Assembly (NCBI GenBank): GCA_964016885.1
Contig: OZ024741.1
Coordinates: 316,386,001 to 316,450,000, forward strand
From: Eledone cirrhosa
Lineage: Eukaryota
Direction of reading: 5' to 3'
DNA length: 64,000 bases
The notes under the pieces: model-generated
Told to the model about the DNA's origin: nothing
Seen by the model: only the letters and a program-made list of their open reading frames with translations
Databases searched by the model: none
Made by a program: the position numbers and the translations under genes
Shown here: positions 29,298-47,421 of the stretch, piece after piece
Numbering within the stretch: position 1 is the stretch's first letter
How the letters are laid out: the number at the start of each line of letters is the position of its first letter

Positions 29298-30383
29298 TAA
29301 CTCTTTCATATATCTAACAAAAAAAAATATTTTAAGAAAATAATGAAGAACTTTGAGGGATTTAGAAATATAATTAACTTTTCCATGGTGTTTAGAACAT
29401 AACTTAACAAATGTTCTTTTCATAAAATCATGACGGAAGATTTTCAAATAAATATAAACATTTTAAAGCAAACATCTGTTAAATCTTATAGCAAGGACCG
29501 TTTCTATTATTTCGCGATTTAAAGAGGGAAACGGAGAAGAATGGACTATGCCAACGTAATTCAGTGAGGAGGTGTCGGATAATGACAAAAAATACAACTT
29601 GAAAGTTTTAATGTCGCTAAAATATATTTCAAACGAAATAATTGTTTCTACTTTTGGCACAAGGCTAGCAATTATCCCAGTGTATTACTGATGTTTACTT
29701 TATCGACCAAGTGATGATGAAAGGCAAGATTTCTTTCTAACTTTGACACATGGCCAGAAATTGCGGGGAAGAGTCGATTGAATCTACCACACTCAACTTT
29801 ACTGATACTTTATTTTATCGACCACCAAAGAATGAAAAGCAAAGTTGACCAAGGCAGAGTTTGAAGCAGTAACAAATACCACAAAGCTTTGTAGTATTTG
29901 CTCCAAATTCTGCCGACGTTCTAACCATTCTGCCAATTGACCACGACCTTTGTACCATTTGATGCTTCTCCAGAATATCCCATCCCCATCGATAAATTGA
30001 CTTAAAGCAATAACAAATGTTTCTAATTGAGGAACAGAGCCTGCAATATTGTGGAAGGAGAAAGTAGTGGATCTATTTAATAAGACAATAATCCAAACTA
30101 ATTTATTCCATATTGTAAAATTCAGCTTGTGTTCAATCACATTTTTAAATGGAGAATTCCCGAAATTCCTCTTTCTCATACCATGACCCAAACTTAACTA
30201 TTCTGTTGTAGAAATATCCAGTAAACTATTTTAACTACGAATGAAACCATATTTTGAAGAAGCACATACCTGAATATTACTTTCACTTTTTCACAACCTA
30301 AAATATCATTATAATTTAACCGCAACAGTTTTACAATGTAGAACGGGGGTCGGTTTCAGAGAGTTTGGTATCGAAAGGGTTAA
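29298..30383. mobile_element. piggyBac-like MITE ends interrupted by SINE fragments (29638-29940)
   Basis: ttaactctttc... and ...tggtatcgaaagggttaa termini; homology to 14348-14609. Confidence 0.45.
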
Positions 30384-30812
30384 ACGAGCACCGACATTGA
30401 TGCAAGGGAGAGAGTTGCCCCCGATAACAAAAGGATGGAGACATCGTGAATCTGAGGGCGACATGGTGCTGAACAGAGAAACCAAACTGACTCTTCTGCA
30501 TTTGTTTGTTTCACATGTTTGTTTAACCCCAGGTCAGGCCAACTGAGCAGCAGATGTAATCAAAATATAATCCAGTAATGACCATCAAGTTTTTTGTTTT
30601 GTTTATTTTATTTTCACACATCTACGTCTACAATGGAAGAGACGGTCTATGTAGACTCTACATAGACCATCTCTATTTAAAACGTTTGTCATGTGATTTG
30701 AGGGGGACTTGGCTGTTATTTTCAGCAAACCCAGTAACGATGTAGAAACTACCTTATTGGAAAGTATATATACATATGCATGTGTATATTTATATATATA
30801 TGTACGTATGTA

Positions 30813-31124
30813 CTCTCGGGTCCCAAATAATAGGGCAGGAATAAGCGGGGATGGGGTGAAATATCGGTAATTTTTCTAGGTTGTCTTCGTTGATTTTCGA
30901 AAAGAACAATCAGCAGTTTAGTTTACATAAGAATACCCCAACCCATCCTATTTATTTTATAACGTATGGGATTGCTAGTAATGTTATTTTGTAATGTATA
31001 ATGTGTTTTAATGTATAAAGAAAATTGTCACAGGAATGTTACCACTTAAAATTAAAATTTCGCCGGAGATAGATGAGCAAAATCTAATAACCGGGGGGGA
31101 AGACGTTTATTCGAGACACGAGTG
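30813..31124. mobile_element. Tc1/mariner/pogo-type MITE
   Basis: TA-CTCTCGGGTCCCAAATAA ... TTATTCGAGACACGAGTG-TA: imperfect TIRs with TA TSD. Confidence 0.65.
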
Positions 31125-31530
31125 TATGTATGTATGTGAATATATGTATGAGTATGTATCTATATATCTGTGTGTACATGTATATATATTTATATATATA
31201 TGTATATGTACACATATATCTGTATGTATTCATAAGTAGTATATTTAGTACACAAAACATCTAAAACTACATAAACACTTGTTTCCGGGAAAATTGTTCC
31301 AAGTCAAAGAACGAACGCTCCCATCACTACCGCCATCATAATTACTACCACCACACCTTCATCACCATAATCATCATCACCACTACCACATTAAAGGGAT
31401 TTAGTCGTTCATATCGACTTCAGTACCTTGCTTTTCAGCCTGGTGCTTATTTTATCGACCATTTTTTTTTTTTTTTTGTCGAACCATCGATTACGGTCAT
31501 AAACAAACAATAAAGGTAGTCGCCACACGC

Positions 31531-31549
31531 ATGCATACATATATATATG

Positions 31550-31598
<49 letters not shown>

Positions 31599-31671
31599 GT
31601 GTATATATGTATATATATATGTGTATATATGTATATATATATGTGTATATATATATATATGTATATATGTG

Positions 31672-31704
<33 letters not shown>

Positions 31705-31727
31705 GTATATATGTATATATATATATG

Positions 31728-31776
<49 letters not shown>

Positions 31777-31856
31777 GTATATATATGTATATATATATAT
31801 ATGTATATATACGTATATATATGTATATGTATATATATGTATATGTATATATATGA

Positions 31857-31888
<32 letters not shown>

Positions 31889-31913
31889 GTGAATATATAT
31901 GTGTATATATATA

Positions 31914-31984
<71 letters not shown>

Positions 31985-32121
31985 GTGTGTATATATATAT
32001 AGATATGTGTATATATATATATATATATATATGTGTATATATATATATATGTGTATATATATATATATATATGTGTATATATATATATGTGTATATATAT
32101 ATATATGTGTATATATATATA

Positions 32122-32152
<31 letters not shown>

Positions 32153-32225
32153 GTGTATATATATATATATATGTGTATATATATATATATATGTGTATAT
32201 ATATATATATGTGTATATATATATA

Positions 32226-32256
<31 letters not shown>

Positions 32257-32311
32257 GTGTGTGTATATATATATATGTGTATATATATATATGTGTGTGT
32301 GTATATATATA

Positions 32312-32354
<43 letters not shown>

Positions 32355-32363
32355 ATATATATA

Positions 32364-32394
<31 letters not shown>

Positions 32395-32411
32395 GTGTGT
32401 ATATATATATA

Positions 32412-32454
<43 letters not shown>

Positions 32455-32505
32455 ATATATATATATATATATGTGTGTGTATATATATATATCATATATA
32501 TATAT

Positions 32506-32573
<68 letters not shown>

Positions 32574-32711
32574 TATATATATATATTATATATATATATA
32601 TATTATATATATATATATATCATATATATATATATATCATATATATATATATATATATATCATATATATATATATATATATCATATATATATATATATCA
32701 AATATATATAT

Positions 32712-32742
<31 letters not shown>

Positions 32743-32915
32743 CATATATATATATATCATATATATATATCATATATATATATATATATCGTATATATAT
32801 ATATATATCATATATATATTTATATCATATATATATATAAATCATATATATATATATATATATATCATATATATATATATATATATATCATATATATATA
32901 TATATATATCATATA
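31531..32915. repeat. Compound (TA)n microsatellite with TG then TCA interruptions
   Basis: Direct reading of the sequence. Confidence 0.95.
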
Positions 32916-32916
32916 T

Positions 32917-33466
32917 GTAGATAAATCTACCAAGAGTTTACGGTAGTGTCCAATCCGTATGAAGAACTCAATGTATTCCGGATATTATGGAAAGAAGAGA
33001 TGTAATGAAAATCCACTTTCGGTGAAAGATAAACGGTATACAGAGTCAAGATAAAATATTAAACAAATAATGAACAAACAATTCCTTATATTAAACAAAA
33101 AAAGTTCACTATTTAACGATCGTTTCTAGGGTATATATGTGTTATAATTGGTATGCATATTCAACAGATCTATGTACAAAATTATACAAAATTATACAAA
33201 TTATCAAGATTAAATATACATACCTAACACATATATACGCCGTCTTCAGAAAAAATATATATTTTTTCTGAAGACGGCGTATATATGTGTTAGGTATGTA
33301 TATTTAATCTTGATAATTTGTATAATTTTGTATAATTTTGTACATAGATCTGTTGAATATGCATACCAATTATAACACATATATACCCTAGAAACGATCG
33401 TTAAATAGTGAACTTTTTTTGTTTAATATAAGGAATTGTTTGTTCATTATTTGTTTAATATTTTAT
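32917..33466. mobile_element. Penelope-like pLTR insert containing a 416-bp perfect palindrome and a hammerhead core with long stem II
   Basis: Arms are 33051-33258 and 33259-33466. CTGAAGA at 33268-33274, stem II gtatatatgtgtta/taacacatatatac, GAAA-CGATCG-TT at 33391-33402. Embedded in a (TA)n-TCA tract. Confidence 0.75.
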
Positions 33467-38370
<4,904 letters not shown>

Positions 38371-38544
38371 ACTAGTCAGTTCATTCGTTGCTACAGATCA
38401 CGTAGCTGAATTAGCGGTCGCTATTTTCAATTTGCAAAGCCCTTTAAACTGTGTTATTACCTTGTCGATTGCCTGGCTGCACTGCTGAAGGCATTCGTTG
38501 GCTTAGCTGCTACTCGAACTTCGAATATGCTGTACTTTTGTCTC

Positions 38545-38594
<50 letters not shown>

Positions 38595-39421
38595 AATAAT
38601 GGAGCTGCGGCGTTGCAAATGGGATACATATGAAAAAGTGAGTCCTTCATCAGTGACCCTCAACCGTCCTGGGCATTTCATCGCTTTAAGGGCCATATGC
38701 CTCGGGTTGGTGCGAACAACGGCTAAAAAAAGTCGTTGGGACACGTAAATAAAGGGGGACGCCAGAGTAACAACAAAAAAGTTTTAGCAACATATATATA
38801 TATATATATATATTGTGTAAGTCTCAATAGACGGAAGTAAACCAAAGAAGGTTTAAGGTTTCGTGTTCTCGGGTTAGCGTGTACTCTCAGTACACATAAG
38901 TGCAACAAGTGTTGCATATATTTATGAGATGGTCAGCAAGGTGGATGAAATGGTGATATCAACCTAAGTTGTCTAGTTTCGAATTCCTCAGTCGGCAAAG
39001 GTACTTTTATTATTTTTTTCACTTTTAAGAAAGAAAAAAAAAACCACCTGCAAATGGATGGTCATGGCGAAAACGCTTTTGTGGTCTGATCTATCGGAGC
39101 TCACCTGGGACTGACCTAGGGCTGAAGAAATCTTCCTTCCAAGCCAATAAATCACCAAGTCTTCCTCTGTGTTATTGTAAGAAAATCCATCATCAGCACC
39201 ACAAGCAAACTAGGTGGTTCTCCTCCACTACAGTAAAATATCAATATCCAAAACACACTCACTCCTCCTACAGTTCCTCTCCGTCCTCTTTTTCTGGGAT
39301 AATCAAAACAGGAGTCACGAGTTTCGTTTATATTCCCTTCCTTTCGCACACACACAGCAAAATACACACACATATGTATGTATGTATGTATGTGTGTGAG
39401 TGCGTGTATGTTTACATCTCT

Positions 39422-39452
<31 letters not shown>

Positions 39453-40921
39453 AACACAAATAAACACTCACATACAAGCAAACACATATACACACACAAT
39501 CACATCTATATACATGCATACACATGCAAACCGAGTCTTTAGTTGGGCGCTCGACCTGCCTGATAAAATTAACAGCCAAATCTCCCTTAAATCACAGAAA
39601 CACACCTTTACCGTCTTTACAAACTGGAATACGTAGAAAAATACACGGGATGGTTACAACTGGAATGCTTGTGGGCTAAAGAACTGTAATAAATAATACA
39701 TACACACGCAAATACACACACACAGATATAAACACATACATAAACGCTTTACTAATGCTCACATCCATTCATAATCACATGGACAGTTAGTTGTCAAAAT
39801 ATCGATTTCGTCCAATGAGCGCAACATCCCTAATTGTATATACATAAATATAATGAATGCGTGTGTGTTTCTATAAGAAATATGAGTGGATCATGTGAAA
39901 TGAATCAAACGAATGCGACAAGATATTTTCATTTTCTTATTTCGAGCTTTAATTCATCCATCAATGGGTGTTGAACTCCTGATGGAGTCGTGTGTGTGTG
40001 TGAGGGGTGAGGCTCTGTAATGACATACAGGAGTCTTGGGCATTTAAAAATTAAAACCTAGCGGAAGCCATCCCTCTCCAGTCATAAAACGAAGGAAGAG
40101 GTTGTATATGGAAGACGTCAACATATAAAAAATATAAACATCTTAGTATAATCGAGAATAAACTAATTAGGAAGCCAACATCCACGCCTTTCCACAAGAG
40201 AACCATAACAAACAACTTATGTGAAATGAAGTGTAGTTTCGTAAAGGCGGGTGACCAACTAGTACTGTTTTGAACTCGCGATCATGAGGCCGTCAGTTTG
40301 ATTCCCGGACAGGGCCGGGCGTTGTGTTAGTGAGCAAAATACTTTAATTAAACATTTATTTTTTCCTGTGAAGAATTGCGACAGGCAGATAGTATCAACA
40401 ATATATAGACTACTGGAAACATCTGAAACTCGGTTACTTCTCTTTTATTTTTAGTGAAAAATGAGAGACCGATTGAACCCGTAACGGAGGATTCGGAGTT
40501 TGGCGGAATAGCAGGCTCTTCCAATGGACTGGCATATATAGGCACACATTGTCACGTAGATTAGTGGCAAGAGAGAATGAGGTCAGTTGCTAATAGACAA
40601 GACTAAGTGATAGTGGTAGTGGGTTTGTTGTTTGGCTTCTCTTAAAACTGTAAATATAAACTGGCCTGGTGTTGTGGTGCAGTTGCATGATCAGCGGTAA
40701 TCTGCGAAACTCGGAGTAGCAACAGAAAGCAATCTCAGTAGTACAATAAATATATCACTCGCTTTTTTCAATATATATATATACACATGCAACCCTAAAA
40801 CATTCCAACCATCACACATTCCGCCCCTCCTCCAAATCTAATGTAAACAAACAACCCATTTGTCACACTTAGTTCGCCCTAATTGACTGCAATCCTCACA
40901 TACACATACTTTTTTCTCTCT

Positions 40922-40996
<75 letters not shown>

Positions 40997-40999
<3 letters not shown>

Positions 41000-41334
41000 G
41001 GAGGTGAGTTTTATTGTAGTACAATAAAGCAATGCAGATATCGGATAAGAAGCACTCTACAGTTTGTAGGACTGGAGTATACATAATATAAGATCAAAAG
41101 ATGGTTAAAGGAGTTCCATGTATTTTATTATGCGCATTTCAAAAACAAACATCATCATGCAATGATATGTTGATTTAAAACTGCACTATCCACAAGTGTT
41201 TTTTAGCCTTCATATCATGTTCTCCTGTTTTATCTGATGAAAACACAAATATTATTGCATGATGATGTTTGTTTTTGAAATGCGCATAATAAAATACATG
41301 GAACTCCTTTAACCATCTTTTGATCTTATATTAT
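40997..41334. mobile_element. Penelope-like pLTR insert with ~80-bp inverted repeat
   Basis: Arms 41083-41163 and 41254-41334 are reverse complements; flanked by (TA)n on both sides. Confidence 0.75.
41226..41296 (+). ncRNA. Type I minimal hammerhead ribozyme (intact core)
   Basis: Stem I TGTTTTAT/ATAAAATA; CTGATGA 41234-41240; stem II aaacacaaat.../...atgtttgttttt; GAAA 41277-41280; palindromic stem III TGCGCA; AUA cleavage triplet 41286-41288. Confidence 0.72.
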
Positions 41335-41459
41335 ATATATATATATATATATATGTAAACTCCCCCTTTGTATTTGTCCCTTCTTTTATGCCTTTATGGT
41401 AAATAAAGAAATATATCATATATACATATATATATGTGTGTGTGTAAGTATATATATAT

Positions 41460-41651
41460 AACGAAGGAGGTGTGGTAAGGAACCAGATGGACTATAACGC
41501 ACCAAAGTACTCAATACTTAAGGTAGTAGAGTGGGTAATAGGAAAATGTTTAACCCCGACGGCAGAGCTCAAGTCTTTTCGACGGCTATTTCTGGATTCC
41601 GGAAATGGCCGTCGAAACAGCTTGAGCTCTGCCGTCGGGGTTAAACATTTT

Positions 41652-41656
<5 letters not shown>
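41460..41656. mobile_element. Penelope-like pLTR fragment with inverted repeat and 3' half of a hammerhead (family of 55510-55675)
   Basis: Arms ~41538-41586 and ~41608-41656. GAAA-CAGCTTGAGCTCTGCC-GTC-GGGG at 41614-41640. The 41460-41540 tail is the reverse complement of 55595-55675. Confidence 0.7.
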
Positions 41657-41691
<35 letters not shown>

Positions 41692-41951
41692 CAAATCTTC
41701 CACTCGGCGGAAAACACCTTGTAACTACCGAGATATAAAAAAAACATAATAGTAACTACAACCACCACCAGCAGCATTAGTGGTGGTGGTGGTGGTGGTG
41801 GTAGTAGTAGTCGTAGTAGTAATAGGCCGATCACCCCACCACCACTAGATATAAATCAACGAGCCAACGTGGTCATTGGACCTGCTAGAAATAGCCAACC
41901 AAATATCCCTTAAACCACTCCCTATTTCCGCACTAACGGACACATTTGGGC

Positions 41952-42003
<52 letters not shown>

Positions 42004-42156
42004 TATTGAGTGGAATTATGATGATATAGTCATGAGTGGAACTCTAGTGATAAAGGGTATCTGCTCGATCAGAGTTGACCTGGTGCTAAATAAATAACAC
42101 CAGAATCAACAACTACTACAAATATATATATATATATACACACGCACACATATATA

Positions 42157-42506
42157 CAGTTGTCCCTCGGTATTCACGGGGTTTACGTTCCTAGAAGCAC
42201 ACGCGAAGAATGAAAAATCGCGAATATTGGACGCGGTCAATAAAAATACCTATAAACATCAAAATATAACGTAAAATATAATTAAAAAAAAAAGATGGAG
42301 CATCTTATGCGAAGGGGTGTCCAATAGGTCGACAAATACGGCATATTGTTAATAATTTAGCGTGAAAATATATATATTGCCACGAAAAAAAGGCATTAAA
42401 AAATCGCGGAAGATATTTACAATTCCGCGAATATGCGGTGGTTTCCACGAACAAGTTCTAAGGAAAATTCCGCGAATAACCGGGAACACGAATGTCGGGG
42501 GTACAC

Positions 42507-42508
<2 letters not shown>
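42157..42508. mobile_element. Tigger/pogo-like MITE
   Basis: TA-CAGTTGTCCCTCGGTATTCACG ... CACGAATGTCGGGGGTACACTA-TA imperfect TIRs, with repeated CGCGAATA internal motifs. Confidence 0.75.
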
Positions 42509-42577
<69 letters not shown>

Positions 42578-43847
42578 GCGCGCATACAAACATGCGAGCT
42601 TACATACATATATCGAACAAAAACAGTTTGGCCTGTCAAGGCCAGGTCGGTCGACATGTAAGAAATAGTAGCTAAATAACCCTCAAATCACACATGTCTT
42701 AGAAAAGTAATGTGCTCTTCGATTCCCTGTAGAATGGTCACGGCTGGAATAGCTTTGATCTAGGTCTAGTATACCAAGTCTAACTTGGGGTTAAACAACA
42801 AAAACAGTCTATCTTCCAATACCGAGGAAACGGCCTATGCAACGTGGCACATGCAAAATAGTTGTTTAGTGGTGGCGGTGGTAATAATAGTGGTAGGTCT
42901 AGTGATTGTGGTGTCGATGGTAGCAGCGGTTGTAATTTTGGCACAATGGTGTTGGCGGTGGCAGCAGTAGTTAGTAGTGGTGGGTGTAGCGGCTGAAGTA
43001 GTGGTGGGTGTAGCAGCTGGAGTAGTGGTGGTTATGATGGTGATAGTGGGCAGTAATTATTGTGATTATGGTGAACGTGGTGGTGATGGTTGTAATAGAA
43101 GTGATGGGGGGGGGGGGGGTTTCAAGTCAACACTTAGTAACTAAGAACCTTTCCAGCCAGCCAGCCATGACCATCCAATCTTGGGAAGAACATCTGTCCT
43201 TTCTTTATTTTGCCCATTTTTGGTATTAAGACGGGACTGGTTTGAAAGATTTCGCTGTTATTTCTAGTCTAGTAGACGTCAAGCGAAAGACATTTCCCCA
43301 TTGGTGGTGATGGTGGTGATGATAATAACGATGTTTGTCGTAGTAATAGTAGTCGTGATGATGGTGGTGGTGGTCGTCGTCGTAGCTTGGGCGACTTTCT
43401 CGTTGTTTATGTTCCCAAGATAGCCACGATCGAGCATACACAACAATAATCATAATGGTTTCTAATTTAGGCACAAGACCAGTAATTTTGGCGGAGGGGG
43501 GTCGGTAAAATCAACCTCAATGCTTGACTGGTACTATATTTATCGACTCCGAAAGGATGAAAGTTGACCTCGGTAGAATTTGAACTTACAACAAACCCAA
43601 AATAAAAATGATCAACGAAACAGACATTCCAACCGTGACCATTCCATTTTTCCCATGTACACTGTGACCGAGACTACAATAGTCACTGTGGCTATTATTA
43701 TGTTAAAGTCATTAAGAAATGATTCGAGAAAGAGAGGGGTTTGCTGCTATTTTTTGCAGGTCCAGCGACCACATGATAGGCTTGCTCCCTCGTTAGTTGA
43801 TCATATTGGTTGCGATGTCAGTTTCCAGGTATGAAATAGAGTTGCTA

Positions 43848-44345
43848 CAGGCATGGCTCAATGGTTAAGGAGTTCGCTTCACAATAATGAGGTCTCGAGT
43901 TCGATCCCATTGATAGCATCTTTATCATAGTCTAGGGCTGATCCAAGCTTTGTGGATGAAAATGGGTAGACGGAAACTGTGGAACCCCGTCAGATAGTTT
44001 GTACCTGCATTTCAAATGTCCAGCCATGTATCACGTTGATTCTGTTTGAGAATTACGTGTCTGTGGAATACCCAACCACTCACATGATAATTGTTTCTAC
44101 TTTAGGCACAAGGCCAGCAATTATCCCAGTGCATTACTGTTGCTTTATTTTATCGACCACGTAAGGGATTTGAACTCAGAACATAGAGGGCCATAACTCT
44201 ATGCTGCAAAGTATGGTGTCTGACGCTTTACCGACACGTCAAAGGTCCAGCCTGTCACTTATTGAGTCACGGTGATTCGGCTTGGGAATTACGTTAATGG
44301 TGCACATGTAAGCGGAATATTCAACCACTTGCACAAGTTGACCGT
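43848..44345 (+). mobile_element. tRNA-derived SINE (family C) with a nested family-A SINE (44087-44240, minus)
   Basis: A box TGGCTCAATGG, B box GAGTTCGATCCC. Body segments gagaattacgt..ggaata..caaccact occur on both sides of the family-A insert. Confidence 0.65.
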
Positions 44346-44531
44346 TCAGTTGATCAACTGAATATTTATCGTCGACACCGACAGAGGATCCATCGTCGTC
44401 ATCATCATCATATAGTAGTAATGAGTTGAATCTAAAGAATGAAATACAGCTTGCTGAATGCCAGATTTATATGGGACTATTGTAGGAAGGAGACTAAACC
44501 ATCTAACCAACACCGCAGTCAGCCAAATAGC

Positions 44532-44697
44532 AAGTGCCGGATTTACCATTGTGCTTCGGTGTACTTAAGCACAGGGCCCCGTTGACCAGAGGACCCCATC
44601 GTCCTGCCAAGAAATATATTTACGATGAATTTTTCAAATATTTGGAGCCTCATAACTTAACTAACACAAGGCTTCATTAGTCCTAAATCCGGCACTG
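44532..44697. mobile_element. Small hAT-like MITE
   Basis: TIRs AGTGCCGGATTTA / TAAATCCGGCACTG; TSD not preserved. Confidence 0.65.
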
Positions 44698-44724
44698 TTC
44701 ATCCCCATTAATTATGTTCTGTCT

Positions 44725-44875
44725 TTAGCGTTAGAATTTAGGGTTTAAATTAAAGTTAGGATTAGGCTTTAGCATTAGGGTTAGAATTTAGGATTTGTCG
44801 TTAGGGTTTAGGCGTAGGGCTAGGATTTTGGGTTTAGCGTTAAAGTTAGGATAGGTTTAGGGTTGGTGTTAAGGA
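44725..44875 (+). repeat. Degenerate TTAGGG-like hexamer array
   Basis: Runs of ttagcg/ttagaa/ttaggg/ttagga/ttaggc. Confidence 0.7.
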
Positions 44876-45152
44876 AGGTAAAGTTCGTTTTAATTCGAAG
44901 AAGCGCCAAAATTGTGGCCTTGTATCAAGTTAGACTTGGTATAGGCACACTGAACCTGTATCTGTTGGAATTCCTCGGTTAGTCATAAGATAGTTGACTC
45001 CTTTAATTGAGAAGTTGCATTTCTATATATTGCTGTAGTTCATGAAACCCCATTAGTTCTTATAATGAATTCTTTCATCAGTTGCCCTTCTGGCAAATAG
45101 CAGCACACGAAAATATATAAGAATCTAGACACTTAATTGAAACGCGCGCACG

Positions 45153-45224
<72 letters not shown>

Positions 45225-45549
45225 AGGCATACGCGGCTATACACAAGCGCACGCACGCCAACGTGCAGTGGATATTCAATAATAAACAATCCTGACCCAT
45301 ATACAGCTGGGGCCGCATATTATTACCACGGATGTTACTAAGCGGTTATTGATATCGAAAATGCCCCACTTTCAAATCATCAAAACAATCGGATACTAAA
45401 TATATGCGTGCGCGCGTGCATGTGTATACGTACCTATAAAACGTGTGTATGTATATACTTTCTAATATTGAATATATATATATAAATGAAAGTATAGAAA
45501 TTATTGTGAGAATGAAGCCAACAGTATTTCATAATATATAAGTGACTAA

Positions 45550-45633
<84 letters not shown>

Positions 45634-47353
45634 AGAGAGAGCAGTAGCAGTAGCACAACCATTAAATGCCAGCACTAACACCAACTACTAACAAACCACC
45701 AACACAACCAACAAAACAACTCCATTATTGCAGCAATAGCACAACCACTACTACTACCACAACCATCATCATCACAACAACCACCACAACCACCACAGTC
45801 ACAACCATTATCACAACTACCAACACCACTACCAATACAACTGTTACTACCAAGAACACATACAACCACCACCTCCACTACTACTACATTAACTAATACC
45901 AATACCAATCTGACAACCAACCACATCAACGTGACTGCTAACTGCAACAACAACAACAACGGTGTCGACCCAACCTGCCAGAAATAGCAGCCAATCTGCC
46001 TCAAATTACACTCAATCGTCTTTAAAAAGGCGAGCGAAGGACACGGTGAAGAACGTGGTCATAGATACACAGTAGCTGACAAAATAATAGGACGGTACGT
46101 GGTGACATTCTAACGGCTATCGAAGACACTTTTGGTTCTGCTACCTTAATTAACAGGTATGATAAGCCAGAGGAAGTGTTACGCCTTTCACACCAGTAAC
46201 CGAGATAAGGAGGAACAGCCCCTCCTCTCAGCACCCCCTTCCTAAGCCTTTGATGGCATGGTCGCACAGAAAGTATATTTTGATCATAGGTGTTGCTTGA
46301 TAAGAGATTGACCTAGGGCTAAACAACAACAGTAGTTATGTATGTGTTACTATTGACATTAGAGAGGTAAACGTCAGTCTTAATAACTTGGAATTGTCGG
46401 GTTTTATTCAACCAGCCTACACACAATGACATTCATTTCTAGTCATTACACACACGCACACGCACACGCACACACACACTCACTAAAAAATAAAACAACC
46501 ATAGGAAATTTAAGATGAAATAATAAACAGAACAGAGAGAGAGAGTAATCCAGCCCCTATTTAAATTTCAGGTCTCAACTTTTAGCATGTGATAATCCCA
46601 TGACTGGTTAACTCCTCGATGTAGTAGGATAGATTAACAATCGTAACGTCATTACTGACCCGGGTTGAGGATAAATACCCCAGCTTATACAATTAATTCA
46701 TGATAGTTTTTGTTAACCCCCTTTAACACGAAACTGCATGAAGCCCTTAATTCTGTGATACTAAGCTATTTATTTGCCATTTATTTAAAAACCTTCATCA
46801 TAATTTTATGCAAGATTTTATTCAAAATACTAGCTTAATGATAAGAAAGTTAAGAAATCTGTCCACATTGATTATTTTTATAAATTTATTTGAAAATTAA
46901 TAATTATTTCTACTTTTGGCACAAGGCCAGCAATTACCCAAGTGCATTACTGGTACTTTATTTTATCGACCCTATATAATAACAGGGTAACGAAAGAGTA
47001 TCGAGGCAAGCAGTCTAACAATGCACACAAATTCATTCATATATATATATATATATAAACTGTTTCTACTTTTGGCACGAGACCAGTGCATTACTGGTAC
47101 TTTATTTTATCGACCCCGTAAGAATGAAAGGCAAAGTTAACCTCGGCGGGATATATAATGTGAGGTATCTTTACCAAAACAGTCACTGTACTCACTGAAT
47201 AACTATAATGTGTGCACTCTGAACCTTGGGGTTAAGATTCACAACCGCAAACCTATCTATCGCCTCATTGAGTGAGTGGGTCATGGCTGGAGGTCGCTGA
47301 AATAACTTCGGCGACTTTCGTAAACTGTGTGTCTGTGTGTGTATATATATATG

Positions 47354-47421
<68 letters not shown>

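Noticed and set aside
30637-30674. Short hairpin agagacggtctatgtaga/tctacatagaccatctct
   Set aside because: Small local fold-back within a dispersed repeat, with no further support for function.
40348-40545. 65-aa ORF MPIYASPLEEP... and ORF 39152-39499 as extra Mxd exons
   Set aside because: No recognisable homology and no convincing phase-compatible splice sites; exons 1 and 2 already join seamlessly.
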